The notes beneath the pieces are model-generated. The model saw nothing but the letters and a program-made list of their open reading frames with translations. It ran no database searches and was not told where the DNA came from. Of a DNA stretch of 64,000 nt, positions 49,301-62,200 are shown piece by piece. The translations under genes and the position numbers were made by a program. Within the stretch, counting starts at the first letter, position 1, and each line of letters begins with the position of its first letter. This stretch comes from Azolla caroliniana (Eukaryota > Plantae > Polypodiophyta), in NCBI GenBank assembly GCA_043228905.1, contig JBHGNT010000011.1, positions 4,092,001-4,156,000 of the forward strand. The letters run 5' to 3'.

Positions 49301-50403
49301 GCGTGTCGGACATGCTTCAGCAACATCTTGCAACCGGTTGGTGTTGTCAACCACACGTCTCCTATGCCAACAATTCGGCATGTACCTTCATTCCCCATCC
49401 GGACACAACCGTGATCACCGGATGTGTAGGATGAGAAGCATTTACGGTCTGGGGTAAGGTGGAACGACGCTCCGGAGTCGACTACCCAGGTCATCTCATC
49501 GCCGGCAAGGTTTATCTCACTCTCCTCCGTGATGAGCATCAACTCTTCTTCACTCATTGCGATTGCAGTCGTTCCCTTCCGGTCCATTCCCCTCCGGTCT
49601 TTACCGTTCCGGTCCGGTGTCCGCTTCGAATCGGTACCGTCGGTTTCCTTGTCTTTCCGGAAATGCCGACAGTTCTTCTGGAATTATCCTGGCTTGCTGC
49701 AATAGAAGCAAGTAGGTCTCCCCCTTGACTTTGACCGTGTCCCCGACTTTTCCCGGTTCTGAGGACTACAGTTTCTTTGTCTTCCGCGTTCTAATTCGGT
49801 AAGGAGAGCTTTGGAGTCGGAGCTCGTATCTTTATCTTTCCGACGCGCCTCCTCATCTAGCAAGCTCGACTTTACTCTTGCTAGGGATAACCGTTTCCCT
49901 TCTGGCCCGACGTTGCCCAAAGTGACAACCAACGTCTCCCAGCTATCCGGGAGGGAACCGAGCAAGAGTAGCGCTAGTACCTCGTCGGCGAGAGGTACTT
50001 CCAATGATGTTGCCTGGTGTATCAGCCCCTGGAAGGCATTCATGTGCTCCGCCATGTTGGAGCCATCTTGGTACCGGAGTCTTACTAGCTTCCGGAATAC
50101 CGAGACCTGGTTAACAGCATTTTTGTTCTGAAACATAATGTTGATCTTCTCCTAGAGCTCATGAGCCTTGCTCTCTTCATTGAAGTTGTTGTATAGGCTC
50201 ATGTCGATGAAGCACCGTATGTACGCCGTTGTCTTCATGAGCATCACCTCCCATATCATGGCGTCGATTTTGTCTGGTCTCTTGTCCCCGAACTGAACCG
50301 GCAACCAAAGATCTTTAACCACGAGCATGTCCCTCATCTTCGACTTCCACACCGAATAGTTAGAGCCGGTGAGCTTGAACATACCTCCCAACGAATCGTC
50401 CAT
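46359..50403 (-). pseudogene. gag-pol: Copia G gag-pol, disrupted
   Basis: gag, CCHC, VDSGASFH, INT (ADNGGEY), RT (YVDD), RH (KHIQ.RYHWIRE). Confidence 0.93.
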
Positions 50404-50887
50404 TTTCTGTGTCCTTTCACTCTGATACCCAATTTGGTATGAACTGCACGCTCCCTATGCGCAATGCTCGGCCACAACCGAGCTTAGAATCATACACAGA
50501 AAACGGGAAATGAAAGACACACGACACAAAGGAGAGAAGAGTACACAAGATGTTTAACGTGGAAAACCCTGAGAGGGAAAAAACACGGGAGTCCACAGAC
50601 TCCAAACTATCACTATATCACAATGATTACAATAGTGAGCTCACGGAGGCAACAACCTCGCGCTCACGAACTTCGCCACAGGCGGCGGTTACAACAGAGG
50701 CAACGACCTCTTCCTCTCTCTCACTCTCTGTACACTGTTACGAGCTCTCTCTTCTTGCACCAACAAGAATGACAACCCCCCTCATAATTTTGCCCTAAGT
50801 CATATTTATACTAATATGACTTTCCGGCTATTTACAAATATAGCCCCGATGGACTCTAAGAAAACATATTTACGAATATGTCTCTTC

Positions 50888-51117
50888 ATCCGGTGAGCAC
50901 TCCTCACCGGGTCTGCACCATCCGGCTCTTCGTAGCCGGGTACTCCTCATCCGGTTCTCACCGGGTCTGCACCATCCAGCTCTCAGTAGCCGGGTACTCC
51001 TCATCCGGTTCTCACCGGGTCTGCACCATCCGGCTCTCCGTAGCCAGGTACTCATCATCCGGTTCTCACCGGGTCTGCACCATCCAGCTCTCCGTCGCCG
51101 GGTACTCCTCATCCGGT
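50888..51117. repeat. 54-bp tandem array in the Copia G 5' LTR (~4 units)
   Basis: Same unit as in the 3' LTR; the LTR length difference 864-756 = 108 = 2 units. Confidence 0.93.
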
Positions 51118-53139
51118 TTCGGCCTCGGCCGAGTTCGCTCATCAGCACTGTTCTTTTCCCTTCCCATCCGGAGGGACCTGTCTCCCAACACTTACAGCTT
51201 CAGCCCAATAGAATTTCGGCATATGCTTCTCTTCAAGCATTGCCCTGGCCGCTTCTTGTATCATCCGATTCTTCCGCTCGGCCACGCCATTCTGTTGCGG
51301 CGTGTCTACATGAGAATTCGCGTTGAATCCCTTCCTTCCTTAGATAAATTTTGAACTGGTCGGAGAAGTACTTCTTCCCGCCATCGGACCTGAGGCACTT
51401 GATTTTACGACCTGTTTCCCTTTCCGCAAGGCTCTTCACCTTCAGAAAACACGCGAAGACTTCGCTCTTCTTCGCAATCATACATGCCCAGGTATGCTAA
51501 GTGAAATCATCGATGAAAGTCACGAAATATTGGCTTCCACCGAGACTCACGTTCTATGCCGGTCCCCACACATCCGAATGGATTAAATCGAGCGGATTTC
51601 AGCTCCGATTACGTTCGTTGGGGAATGGAAGTCTTCGTAGACTTGGCCACTCTGACCACGAAATTTTGGCAAGCCGAACATTGTTTTCGTCTACATCTCT
51701 CGAAGCCTCGGGAAATGGACATGGTCGAACCGTTGATGGCAGGGGTCGATGTTCAACTCGACCTTCTGTCCTTTCGTGAACAGCGCGGTTCCATCTTGAT
51801 TGGTGTTGAGGATAAACATCCTCCCTTCATGGCGCCCTTGCGCAATAACTTTTCCTTCTTCTTCGATGTAGCACCCAAGATGCATGAAACGAACTTGCAT
51901 CCCCTAGTCGACGATCTGTCCGACCGCCACCAGGTTCTTGGTTATTGTTGGGATGTGTAGCACATTCATGAGCTTCCCTTTCTGTCTGATGTGACTGAGG
52001 GGAACTTCGTCGACATGTTCGATGGTATACAATGTCGTCTCAACATACCACACCTCGTCTGCTCTAGTGGTGTTCACGACCATCGAATTAGCCTTGTGCT
52101 TCATTGCGAAGGTTGGGCCCAATCCATTTCTGGCTTGTTCGGAGCCTTCCGCATAGTGCGACCTTTGACGCCTATCTACGGCTCTTCCACTCGATCCAGC
52201 TTTGTCCGAATCGACTCTCTTTTTCCAACATTCGCTCTCCCTGTGGCCTTTTCTGCCACAATACCAACTATCCGTCGCGGCCTTCTCTTGCCAGCTTCCG
52301 GCGCCGCCATGACCCCCCCTGCTTCCGGAGTGTTCGGAACTGCTTCCGGCATTCCGATTATGCCGCTCGTTCTGCTCTTGTCTGCCGCCTCCATTGCGTG
52401 CCTATCCACCTCGTCCGCCACAACCACGGGGCCTATCTTCCTCTGTGTATTGCCATCTTGTTGTCGGCATGCGTACTTGTCGATGCATCCGCTTGGTTTT
52501 CCTCTACGAGCAACATAGATTGAAGCTCCAAGAACGATGGCATATTCTCCCTTGTTCAGACTATTGTTCGGAAAGCTCCGAATTTGGACGCTAGCCCTCC
52601 AAGGTACACCTGCACCATTTCATCTTCCTTGACGTTCATGTTGACGAAGGCGAGAGAATCGCAGATTTCCTTGATTTGGGCTGTGTAATCGGCCATAGAC
52701 AAATCTTTCTGTTAGACATTGTTGAGCTCCTATCTGAGTTGCAGCTTCCTGGCCATTGTGCTCGCAGAAAATCCTCTTGAGATTCGCCCACGCGTCCTTT
52801 GTCGTCTTGGCATCCCAAATGTAGCTCAAGAGTTGGTCGCTCACACAGGACGCAAGGCAGTATAGAACTCTGCTTGTTGTCGGTTCCCAGGTCAGGAAGT
52901 CTCTGTGTGTCGGTTCGGGTGCTGTGTCGTTAGCTCCATCGACATAACTCCAGTAGTCGTGCCCAAGCAGGTACTGGTGCATCTTGTACGGACAAGATGC
53001 ATAGTTGATTCTGTCGAGCTTCTCTGTCAGAAGCGAGCTAGCCATTCCTCTATCCATTCTTATTTCTCTTCAGTTCTTCACAGTGATGTTTGTCTGTTTG
53101 TCGGCAGCAGAGGATTTCAACCCTCGCACTCTGATACCA

Positions 53140-53572
53140 TGTAAAAGAATAATGTGTGTGGAAATGTAACAGACACAACCGTGTAACACAATCGACGAAG
53201 AGAAGGTTTGATGGAGAGGTTGAACACAACACAACGTATGCAGGAGAGACAGAGAATGAGAGAGAGGGTGTGTGAGCAGAAGACAAGAACTTAGATTCAA
53301 AAATAACTCTTTGTCACTCTATACAAGATGCGCTCGATCGGCGCTTTTTATGCAAGTCCTTACGAATAGACCGAAGTATTGTTAGAGTATTGACACGTAC
53401 TTCAATGCTCATTGATGAGCCTCCTACACCAACTCCCAAAATTATTCCTTACGAGGAATAACACTCTAACGACCTCTCGGTTTACGCATCGTTACGGCCT
53501 TTGTGGGTATGGTTTTACACACCCAATCTACGCATTGGGTTACGCACCCAACGTTGAGCTTGTATCTCAACA
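53140..53572 (-). repeat. Copia C 5' LTR
   Basis: Adjacent Met PBS; repeat of 26256-26763. Confidence 0.93.
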
Positions 53573-56500
53573 AGACATGTAGATGGCTTCTTCCAGATCT
53601 CCGTGTAGGAATGTCATCTTTATGTCCATCTGCTCAAGCCCTGACTCTTCTGTCGCTAGGACTCCTAGGAGGAGTCGAAGGGTGGTCATCTTGACTATTG
53701 GTGAAAATATCTCGTCATAGTCGACCCCATATTCTTGTTTGAATCCTTTTGTGATGAGCCGAGCTTTGTACTTGGGTTTGTCTGAGGTAGATACATACTT
53801 GTATCGGAAAACCCATTTGCAAGGTAGCAGCTTTCTTCCAGGTGGTAGTTCGACCAGCTCCCATGTCTGATTCTTGTGAATCAAGTCCATTTCAGATTTC
53901 ATGGCTTGTAGCCAAGTGTCGGAATCCGGTACAGCCATATCTTCGTCATATGTGTTGGGTTCGCCTACATCGGTGTAATGGACATAGTCAAGGCCCGGTT
54001 GATAGAACTATGTCTGCCTTCGAGCTCATCCAAATCTCCTGGGTGCTGAAATGAGTGGTTTAGATCCTGCGATCAGCTCTATTGGTCGATCGCTATTTGT
54101 TGAACCATTTGTGCAAGGAGTCTTATTGGATGACCCATCCTCATGATGAGATTTCAGCGGTGTCATGTCGTTCTCCCTTGGGTACTCAGTCAACTCGGCT
54201 CTCATTTGAGCCATATCTAGTGTTTCGGTCGGTTGGACTCTGTCTCTTTTGACTCTGGTCGATTTGATTTTGTCTTTGTTAACTTTGACTCTGTCTTTGA
54301 TGACTTTGTCTTTGTCTTTGTCTTTGAGCTCAACTATTGGACTTGTTGCCGATTCGGAGTCGGCAAGTATATTGTCGGCTTGTTGGAATTCGACTGTTTG
54401 TCGAATCTCTAAGTCAACCCGGTGGATCGGTCCTTCTACGATAGCTCTGTCGCCTTCGAAGGATACCTTTTTACCAACTATTTTCTACCGGTTCCGCTGA
54501 GAGAAGATAGAGTCTTCATTGAAGACTGCATCACTACTCCAGATCAGTTTCCGGTTCTTAGGGGCCCATAGTGTGTAGCTTATGTCCCCACCAGTTCCAT
54601 AACCGAGAAATATGCACTTCATTGCATGGGGTGCCAACTTGGTCCTTTTCTCCCTGGGTATGAACGCATAGGCTTCGCATCTGAATATATGGAGCCTATC
54701 ATAGGTCCGTTGTTTTCCTGACCATAGTGCATGTGGCAATTCAAGTCTGATTGCTTTCGACGGTGATAGATTTACCAGATATATTGTCGTCTACAATGCC
54801 TCAGCCTAGAACTCCACCTTTAGTCTGGCTTGTTGGAGCATTGTCGCCACCCTCTCCTAGATCGTTCGGTTGATCCGTTCTGCCACTCCATTCTGCATGG
54901 GTGTGTAAGGAAAGGTCTTTTGATGTTGGATCCCTTTGTCAGACAGGTACTATTTGAAGGCACTGGAGGTATATTCTCCTCCGTTGTCGGATCAGAGTGT
55001 CTTCATCCTATATGTCGACCAGTTCTCCAGTTCAAATATCCACTGAGTGAAGACCTTGAGTGCTTTGTCTTTGGATCTGATGGAGTAGGCCCAGACCTTC
55101 CATGTACAGTCATCTACAAAAGTGATGAAGTATCGGGAGCCTCATAGTGATCGCTCTAGTATGGACCCACATATATCTATGTGTACGAGCTCTAGGGGCT
55201 ATCATATTGTCTCGTAGTGGAGTGAATGCGGACTTTGGGTATGTTTCCCGTATCGACAATGCTCACAGAAGTCTGTCTTTTCTTGGAGTTTCGAACTGTG
55301 GCTGACCACCATCAACCGATCGAGTTCGGCTTGAGACATATGACCAAGTCGGCCCTGCCATAGGTTTGGGTCGGTCTTTTCGGCTACGTTCACGGCCTCT
55401 TCTAGATTGATCGCCATTAATGGGTAGTAGTTATTGTACTTGCACCTGTCTCCTATCTTCAGGTTTCCTCGGCTGATCATCCATGCTGACTCACTTAAAG
55501 TCGTTTGATACCCGTCTTCAGCTAGCATACCGATGGAGACCAAACTCCTTTTTAGATCGGGTACGTGTTAGACTTGGTGTAGGATTATTGTGTTGCCATT
55601 TGGTAGCTGGATTGGTACTTTGCCAACTCTTGTCCATTGCCTAGTTGGACTGTGCTATTGGCGCCGACCAAATAGTTTGAAAACCACTCGATGTTTGGGG
55701 TCACATGAAATGTGGCACCAGAATCCAGTAACCACGTGTGTGCATCTTGTGCACTGTAGAGGACTTCTCTGATCATTGAATCCTCTAATGAGAGAATTTC
55801 TCCTGATTGGGTGTCAGCAACGTTGATTTAGTTGTCGAGCAGAGAGTGGTCGGAGTTGAGTCGTCCTCGATTTCGCGCGGATTGTTGACCACTCTCTTTC
55901 CTCTTGATCGACCAGCAGTTGGAAACATTGCGGCCAGATTTTCTGCAATTTGTCAGAATTCACCTGATCGGCCCATTCTCGACTTCGACCATTGCCGGTC
56001 TCCCCTCGTCTTTGATCAGTTGGTGTTCCGACCGGTTCTGTCGGCTTGCTCTCTCGATCGACTAAATCTATTGATTGGCTCGGTCCACTAGTGGGCTTTT
56101 GTCGACTCATCGATGTTGAGTCCCATCGATTTTTGTCGAATGTCCTCGGTAAGTACTTGGCCGATTGTCCCATCCAGATTTAGGATCGGTCGACTATTTG
56201 CGTAGGTCGTGCAGAATACCTCCCAACTCGCCAGCAAGCTCGATAGGAGGGCAAGGGCTTTCACTTCTTCTTTGAAGTTGATCCCTTGCGAGGAGAGTTC
56301 TAACAACACCAGACTAAAGGTGTTGATGTGGGAGGTAGTCGGATCGGTCTCTCTCATCTTCATGTTGAACAGTTGTTTGATCAAAATCAATTTTGAAGAT
56401 GAGCACTTTTTTTCATACATGGCTTGTAGCTTCTCCCACAACGAGAACATTGTCGTCTCTTTTGCCATATTGAAGTAGACATTTTCGGCTAGGTGCAATC

Positions 56501-56772
56501 GAATGGTGGAGCGAGCGATTTCGTCCATAGATCTTCATTCTTCAATTGTCATTGAGGCAAGCTTTTCGTTGTGTCAAATGGCTTCGACCTATCTTCAAAT
56601 AATCAATACGTCCTGCATCATCTCCTTCCATAGGGCAAAATTTTTGTCGTTGAATTTTTTGATTTCAACTCCTGTTCCAAATGTTCAAGCCATGTTCTTC
56701 TTCGATCTTTTCTTTCCTTTCAATTTTCCTGTTGTTTGTTGTCGTTGAGCAGCAAGTCGCTCTAATACCAAT

Positions 56773-57048
56773 TGATGTGAGGCAGTTTGCAGAAACGTAT
56801 GTGAGGACATGCCCGTTAAGCTCAAAAAACAACACAGAAAGAAGGCAAGAAGATAAACAGAGAATGAACACGTTCGAAGTTTTGATATATTACGTTCTCT
56901 ATCTCTCTCTCTCTCAAAGATTCAAAATACAAGATCATCAAGAAGTCACTTTACAATGTTAGGGTACCGCTTATATAGTAAGCCCTAACTATTTGGACGA
57001 GTTCACACTAGGATACAAAGTGGAAGGATACGGCCTTTTATGCCAACA
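56773..57048 (-). repeat. Copia D 5' LTR
   Basis: Reverse complement resembles 18208-18491 (tgttggcataaaaggcc...); PBS adjacent. Confidence 0.88.
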
Positions 57049-58640
57049 GGGGGTGCCATCTCCACCATATGGATGTTAAGAATGTGTTTCTTCAAGGCGA
57101 CCTTGAAGAACATGTATTTATGGTCCATTCCCCTGGTTTTCAATCGGAGATGAATAAGTCAGCAGTATGCCAACTAAAGTAGTCGCTTTACGGCCTCAAG
57201 CAATCCCCCCATGCTTGGAACTCGAAAATCACGCACTGGTTGCGTAAGATGGGGTTTGCAATCTTGAAGTTCAACTCGTCCTTGTTCATCCGGAAAGGTC
57301 TGAAGAGTCCAGTGTGCATATTGTTGTACGTGGATGACCTGGTCATTGTTGGCCCCGACTTTGCTGAAATCAGCCAAGTAAAGTCTCAGTTGTCAAACGC
57401 ATTCGAAATGAAGGATTTTGGGGACTTTCATTATTTCCTCGGGATCGACGTGATCCACACCCCCGACGGCATATTGCTCAGTTAACGACATTATGTGTTG
57501 AATATTTTGTACAAATTTGGTATGACGAATTGACGATCTGCCTCTACTCCTGTCGACAAAAACCTGAAGCTTTGTCCAAACTTGGGACCGGCCTACGATG
57601 AGAAATGGTTCTGACAAATTGTCATAAGCCTAATTTACCTAACTATCACCCAACCTGATCTTAGCTATCCAGTCGACGTGATAAGTCAGTTCATGTAGAG
57701 ACCGAGCACCTTCAGTGTGTGCATCGAATATTGCGATATGTAAGCACACAAAGGATCGAGGACTACTGTCTCGGCATGGCATAGCCGAACAGGTAGTCGT
57801 CTATACTAATGCGGACTAGGCTAGAGACACCATGGATCGACAGTCCACGTCAGGTTTTATGTTCTCTCTCGAGAGCGTTGTTGTAGCCTGGAGTAGCAAG
57901 AAGCAGCCGACGATGGCCTTGTCAAGCACCGAAGCTGAGTATAGAGGCGTCATTGTTGCAACTTGTGAGGCTATATGGCTCCGAAAACTGTTGCAAGACT
58001 TACAGGTCAAAGTTCCCACTCCGATCTTGATCTATTGTGACAACATTAGAAGCATGCAGTTGGCCAAGAACCCTATATTCCATGCTCACATGAAGCACAT
58101 AGAAGTGCATTATCACTTTGTGTGTGAGCGGGTCCTGAGCGGTGATGTCGAAATCTAGTATGTTAAAACCAATCGGCAGGTGGCCGACATCTTCACCAAG
58201 GCACTCATATTGAATAAGTTGCAGCACTTCTTGGAGATGCTTAGTATCCAACACCTCGACGTGCCGCACTTGAGGGGGAGAGCGGTTGGGAAGAACGACC
58301 GTTGTGATAATGAGTCGATGATATATCCACCTGAAGACAAAGGGAAAGCCAAAGTCGAAACATCTGGTAGATCCGGAGGAAACGGCAAAGGCGGCAGAGT
58401 CAAGAAGGACAGAACCGACCGAAAGAAAAAGGCTAGGAGTAGGACATGGTCGGATGTGGTCAAGGGCCTGAAGAAGGAGGACGAATTGGAGACAACCAAT
58501 TCGGACAAGAGCGGGAACGAATCGGAGAAAATTGATTCGGTTGTGGAGTTCAATTCGGGAGAGCCAAATCATATGAAGGCCAAGTGGACGAGAGGGATGT
58601 TGGGATTACGGTCCCTCCGGATGGGATGGTCGGATGTCCG

Positions 58641-58720
58641 GGATCCGGATGATGAAGACCCGGTTCCGGATCCGGATGATGAAGACCCGGTTCCGAATCC
58701 GGATGATGAAGACCCCGGCT
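58641..58720. repeat. 27-bp tandem repeat x3 in the Copia H LTR (also ~63372-63442)
   Basis: Unit ggatccggatgatgaagacccggttcc. Confidence 0.9.
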
Positions 58721-59216
58721 ACGGAGCCGGATGACGAATGTACCCGGAGAGAGATCCGGATGCGGGGACATATTTGTGAATATGTTTGCCAAGGGCCCTT
58801 GAGGCTATATTTGTAAATAGCCCGAAAGTCATATGTGTATAAATATGACTTAGGGCAAACAGTTTTGTAGTTGTTGCTCATTTTTGTTTTCCACTCAGAG
58901 GGAGTGAAGTGAGAGTAGCAGAGAAAGAGAGAGAGAGAAAGGAAGAGGTCGACGCCTCTGTGTAATACCGCCGCCTGTGGCGAGGACAGCGAGCTCAAGG
59001 TCGTCGCCTTGCAGCTCGCCATTGTACATACCCTACGTATAGTGATAGTTGGAGTCTTGCACTCCCGTGGTTTTTTCCCGTCTAGGGTTTTCCACGTTAA
59101 ACCCTGTGCATTTGAGTCTCTCTCTGTGTTTTCGATTTTCTGCTGCATTGATTCGTGTTTCCTCGGTTGTGGCCGAGAGGTGAAGAAGGTTTTGAAAGCG
59201 TCAATTCCTAACAATC

Positions 59217-59228
59217 TGGTATCAGAGC
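59217..59228 (+). promoter_or_regulatory. Copia H PBS (tRNAi-Met)
   Basis: TGGTATCAGAGC, 3 nt after the LTR. Confidence 0.95.
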
Positions 59229-59244
59229 GACTGCAGTGCAGAAA

Positions 59245-62200
59245 ATGGAAGGCGGCAGCAGCGGGCAGCCGGGGATGATGGTGCTGAATGCGCAGAACTA
59301 CGCCGACTGGAAGATAAAGATGGAGGACCTGCTCATTGTTCGGGACCTGTATGAACCGATCGACAGGTCGGAAATACCCAAGGGGGTACTTGAGACGGAA
59401 TGGAGGCTTCTGAACCGGAAAGCCGTTGCAACCATTCGGCAATACGTCGACGTGAGCGTTCTACAACATGTGGCGAACGACACCAACGCATATGAGATGT
59501 GGCAGAAGCTGTCGGGCCTCTACGAGAGGAAGAATGCGTTGAACCGGACCTCCCTGATGAGGAAGATAGTGAACCTCAAGTACCGGGACGGCGAGAGTAT
59601 GGTGGAACACGTAAGCACGTTCATGGGATTCGTGAACCAGCTTGCGGCGATCAAGTTCCCGTTGGAGGATGCAATGCAAGCCATCATGCTGATGTGTACA
59701 TTGCCGGAAAGCTGGGAGAACTTAGTGGTGACTCTCAGCACCTCCTGCACCGAAGATAACTTGTCCCTACAAACGGTAAAGACAAGCATTTTGAACGAAG
59801 AAGCGCGTCGGAGAGATAAAGAACCGGCCTCCGATCCGAAGATGCTGCTTACCGAATCGGATCGGGGAAGACAACGGAACCGGAGTCCGCAAAGACGGGA
59901 GAAGTCGGGGACCCGGTCGCGGTCAAGAGGAAGGCCCACATGCTTCCACTGTGGGAAGCCGGGGCACTTCCGAAAGAATTGTCGGCATTACCGAAAAGAC
60001 AACTGAGCCGACGACACCGATTCGAAGAAGTCTTCGGAACGGAACGGTGCTTACCGGGGAGCCACGGACCGGAATGGTTCGGATCGGCGAGGGCAGGACC
60101 GGAAAGGAACGACGGCACTCGCGGCAAGTGAAGAGGAGATCATGCTCATCACCGAAGAAGGTGAACTAAACATTGCCGGCGATGAGACTACCTGGGTGGT
60201 CGATTCCGGAGCGTCATTCCACCTGACACCGGAAAGAAGATACTTCTCATCCTACACAACCGGTGAGCATGGCTGTGTTCGGATGGGAAATGAAGGTACA
60301 TGCCGGATTGCCGGCATAGGAGACGTGTGGTTGACAACCTCGACCGGATGCAAAATGTTGCTGAAGGATGTCCGACACGTTCCGGAGGTTCGATTGAACC
60401 TGATTTCGGCCGGGAGGCTAGACGATGAAGGCTACACAGGTAGCATCCGGAACTGCGTAATGAAGTTCAGCAAGGGGAGCCTGATAGTGGCTCGGGCCCG
60501 GAAAGTCAACACATTGTACCTTATGAATGCCTGGTTGTGTCCGGAGGAGTTGAACGTGGCAGCCGACACTGCCGGTGAGCTGTGGCACAAGAGACTGTGC
60601 CACATGAGTGAGAAGGGGATGAAGAGGCTTGCAGAAGACAACCTTATTCCAGTGAAGCATGTGCACCTGGAGAAGTGCACCGATTGCCTGGCCGGTAAGC
60701 AGAACCGAACCTCCTTCCACTCAAGGCCACCGACGAGACGTAGCGCACCATTGGAGTTGGTGCACACTGACGTGTGTCAAGTAGAAACGAAGTCACATGG
60801 CGGAGCCCAGTACTTCGTGACATTCATTGATGACCACAGCCGGAAGCTGTGGACGGCACCGTTGAAGACAAAGGACCAAGTGTTGTGCGTCTTCAAAGAA
60901 CTCCACGCGAGAGTGGAAAGGGAATCCGGCAAGAAGCTGAAAGCGATACGAGCGGATAACGGAGGGGAATACCGGGGGCAATTCGCGGAGTACTGTCGCT
61001 CGAAGGGAATCCGGCTCGAGTTTACTGTGCCGAAGACGCCGGAACTGAACGGGTTGGCCGAGAGGATGAACCGGACCATAATGGAGAGGGTCCGGAGTAT
61101 GCTGGCGCATGCGAAATTACCCAAGGGGTTTTGGGCTGAGGCAATGTCGACGGCGACATACGTGATAAACAGATCACCCTCAGTACCTTTGGACGGAGAC
61201 ACGCCGCAGAAAGTGTGGACCGGTAGGGAAGCATCCTACCGGCATCTGAAGGTGTTCGGGTGTCTCGTATATGTGCATGTGGCAAAGGACCGGAGAGGAA
61301 AGCTAGATCCAAAGACCCGGCCATGCATATTCCTCGATTATGGCGATGACGAGTTCGGCTACCGAGTATGGGACCCGGTCGACAAAAAGATATTCCGGAG
61401 TCGCGATATCATCTTCATGGAGGACAAGACACTCGCCGACTGGGAGTCGGCGAAGAAGATGAAGAGCTCCAAGTCGACCGGTGAGGATCAACTCTACGAA
61501 GAGCAGTCCCGACCGGCAAGGGACCGGTTAGCACTCGAGGATCCGGCCGAAGACAGTGAAGAAACAGAACCGGCCGAGGAAGATGAAACTGATACCGGAA
61601 CCGGCCCCGATCCCGAAATGGATTCGGATGAAGAGGAAACGGAGGAGCCGGTTACCGAAGCTCCGGAACGGAGATATCCTCTAAGAGAGAGAAGGGCCCC
61701 CCGGAGATTTCCGGAACCAGAGCACGTGTTGCTAACTGACGAAGGTGAGCCGGAGAGTTTTGAAGAAGCAAAGCTTGATACCCATAGCCGCAGGTGGTTA
61801 AGTGCCATGCAGGAGGAGATGGATTCCCTGCATGAGAACCACACATATGAACTTGTGGAGTTGCCGAAAGGAAAGCGGGCACTTCGAAACAAGTGGGTGT
61901 TCAAGCTGAAACCGGGAGATGCCGGAAACCCCCCGAGATACAAAGCCAAGATCGTGGTGAAGGGGTTTCAGCAGAAGAAGGGCGTCGACTTCGACAAGAT
62001 ATTTGCCCCGGTAGTGAAGATGACCTCCATCCGGACGGTGCTGAGCATAGCGGCAAGCATGGACCTCGAGGTAGAACAGATGGACGTGAAGACGGCATTC
62101 CTTCACGGTGACCTCGAAGAAGAGATCTACATGCAGCAACCGGAAGGATTCGAGAAGAAAGGGAAGGAGCACCTGGTATGCCGGTTGAAGAAGAGCCTTT

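Larger units (their letters stand above)
45485..51190 (-). mobile_element. Copia G (Tnt1/Tork-like), full-length
   Basis: LTRs at 45485-46348 and 50435-51190. TSD cttac at 45480-45484 and 51191-51195. PPT at 46349-46361. Degenerate Met PBS at 50419-50430. Confidence 0.95.
26256..53572 (-). mobile_element. Copia C, full-length, expanded to 27 kb by three nested insertions
   Basis: LTRs at 26256-26763 and 53140-53572. TSD agaca at 26251-26255 and 53573-53577. PBS tggtatcagag at 53129-53139. PPT at 26764-26772. Coding pieces at 26980-27542, 33829-35240, 44953-45484 and 51191-53057. Confidence 0.93.
25858..57048 (-). mobile_element. Copia D (same family as E), 3'-truncated; host parts 25858-26255 and 53573-57048
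   Basis: 5' LTR at 56773-57048 resembles the E LTR. PBS tggtattagagc at 56759-56770. RT is continuous across the Copia C insertion. Confidence 0.87.

Noticed and set aside
51116-51145. Hammerhead ribozyme core (CTGATGAG...CGAAAC, minus strand) in Copia G LTRs (also 46274-46303)
   Set aside because: Stem II does not close properly and no stem I/III with an NUH site can be built. The motif is absent from the related F and H LTRs. An Infernal search would settle it.
58606-59442. 278-aa antisense ORF across the Copia H LTR
   Set aside because: It runs through tandem repeats and a microsatellite, is frameshifted in the other LTR, and has no recognisable motifs.
60004-60006. In-frame TGA between gag and pol of Copia H as programmed readthrough
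   Set aside because: Relatives G (KDKETD) and F (KEKGGVD) have sense codons here, so a point mutation is more likely. H also carries YVDD>YVDG.
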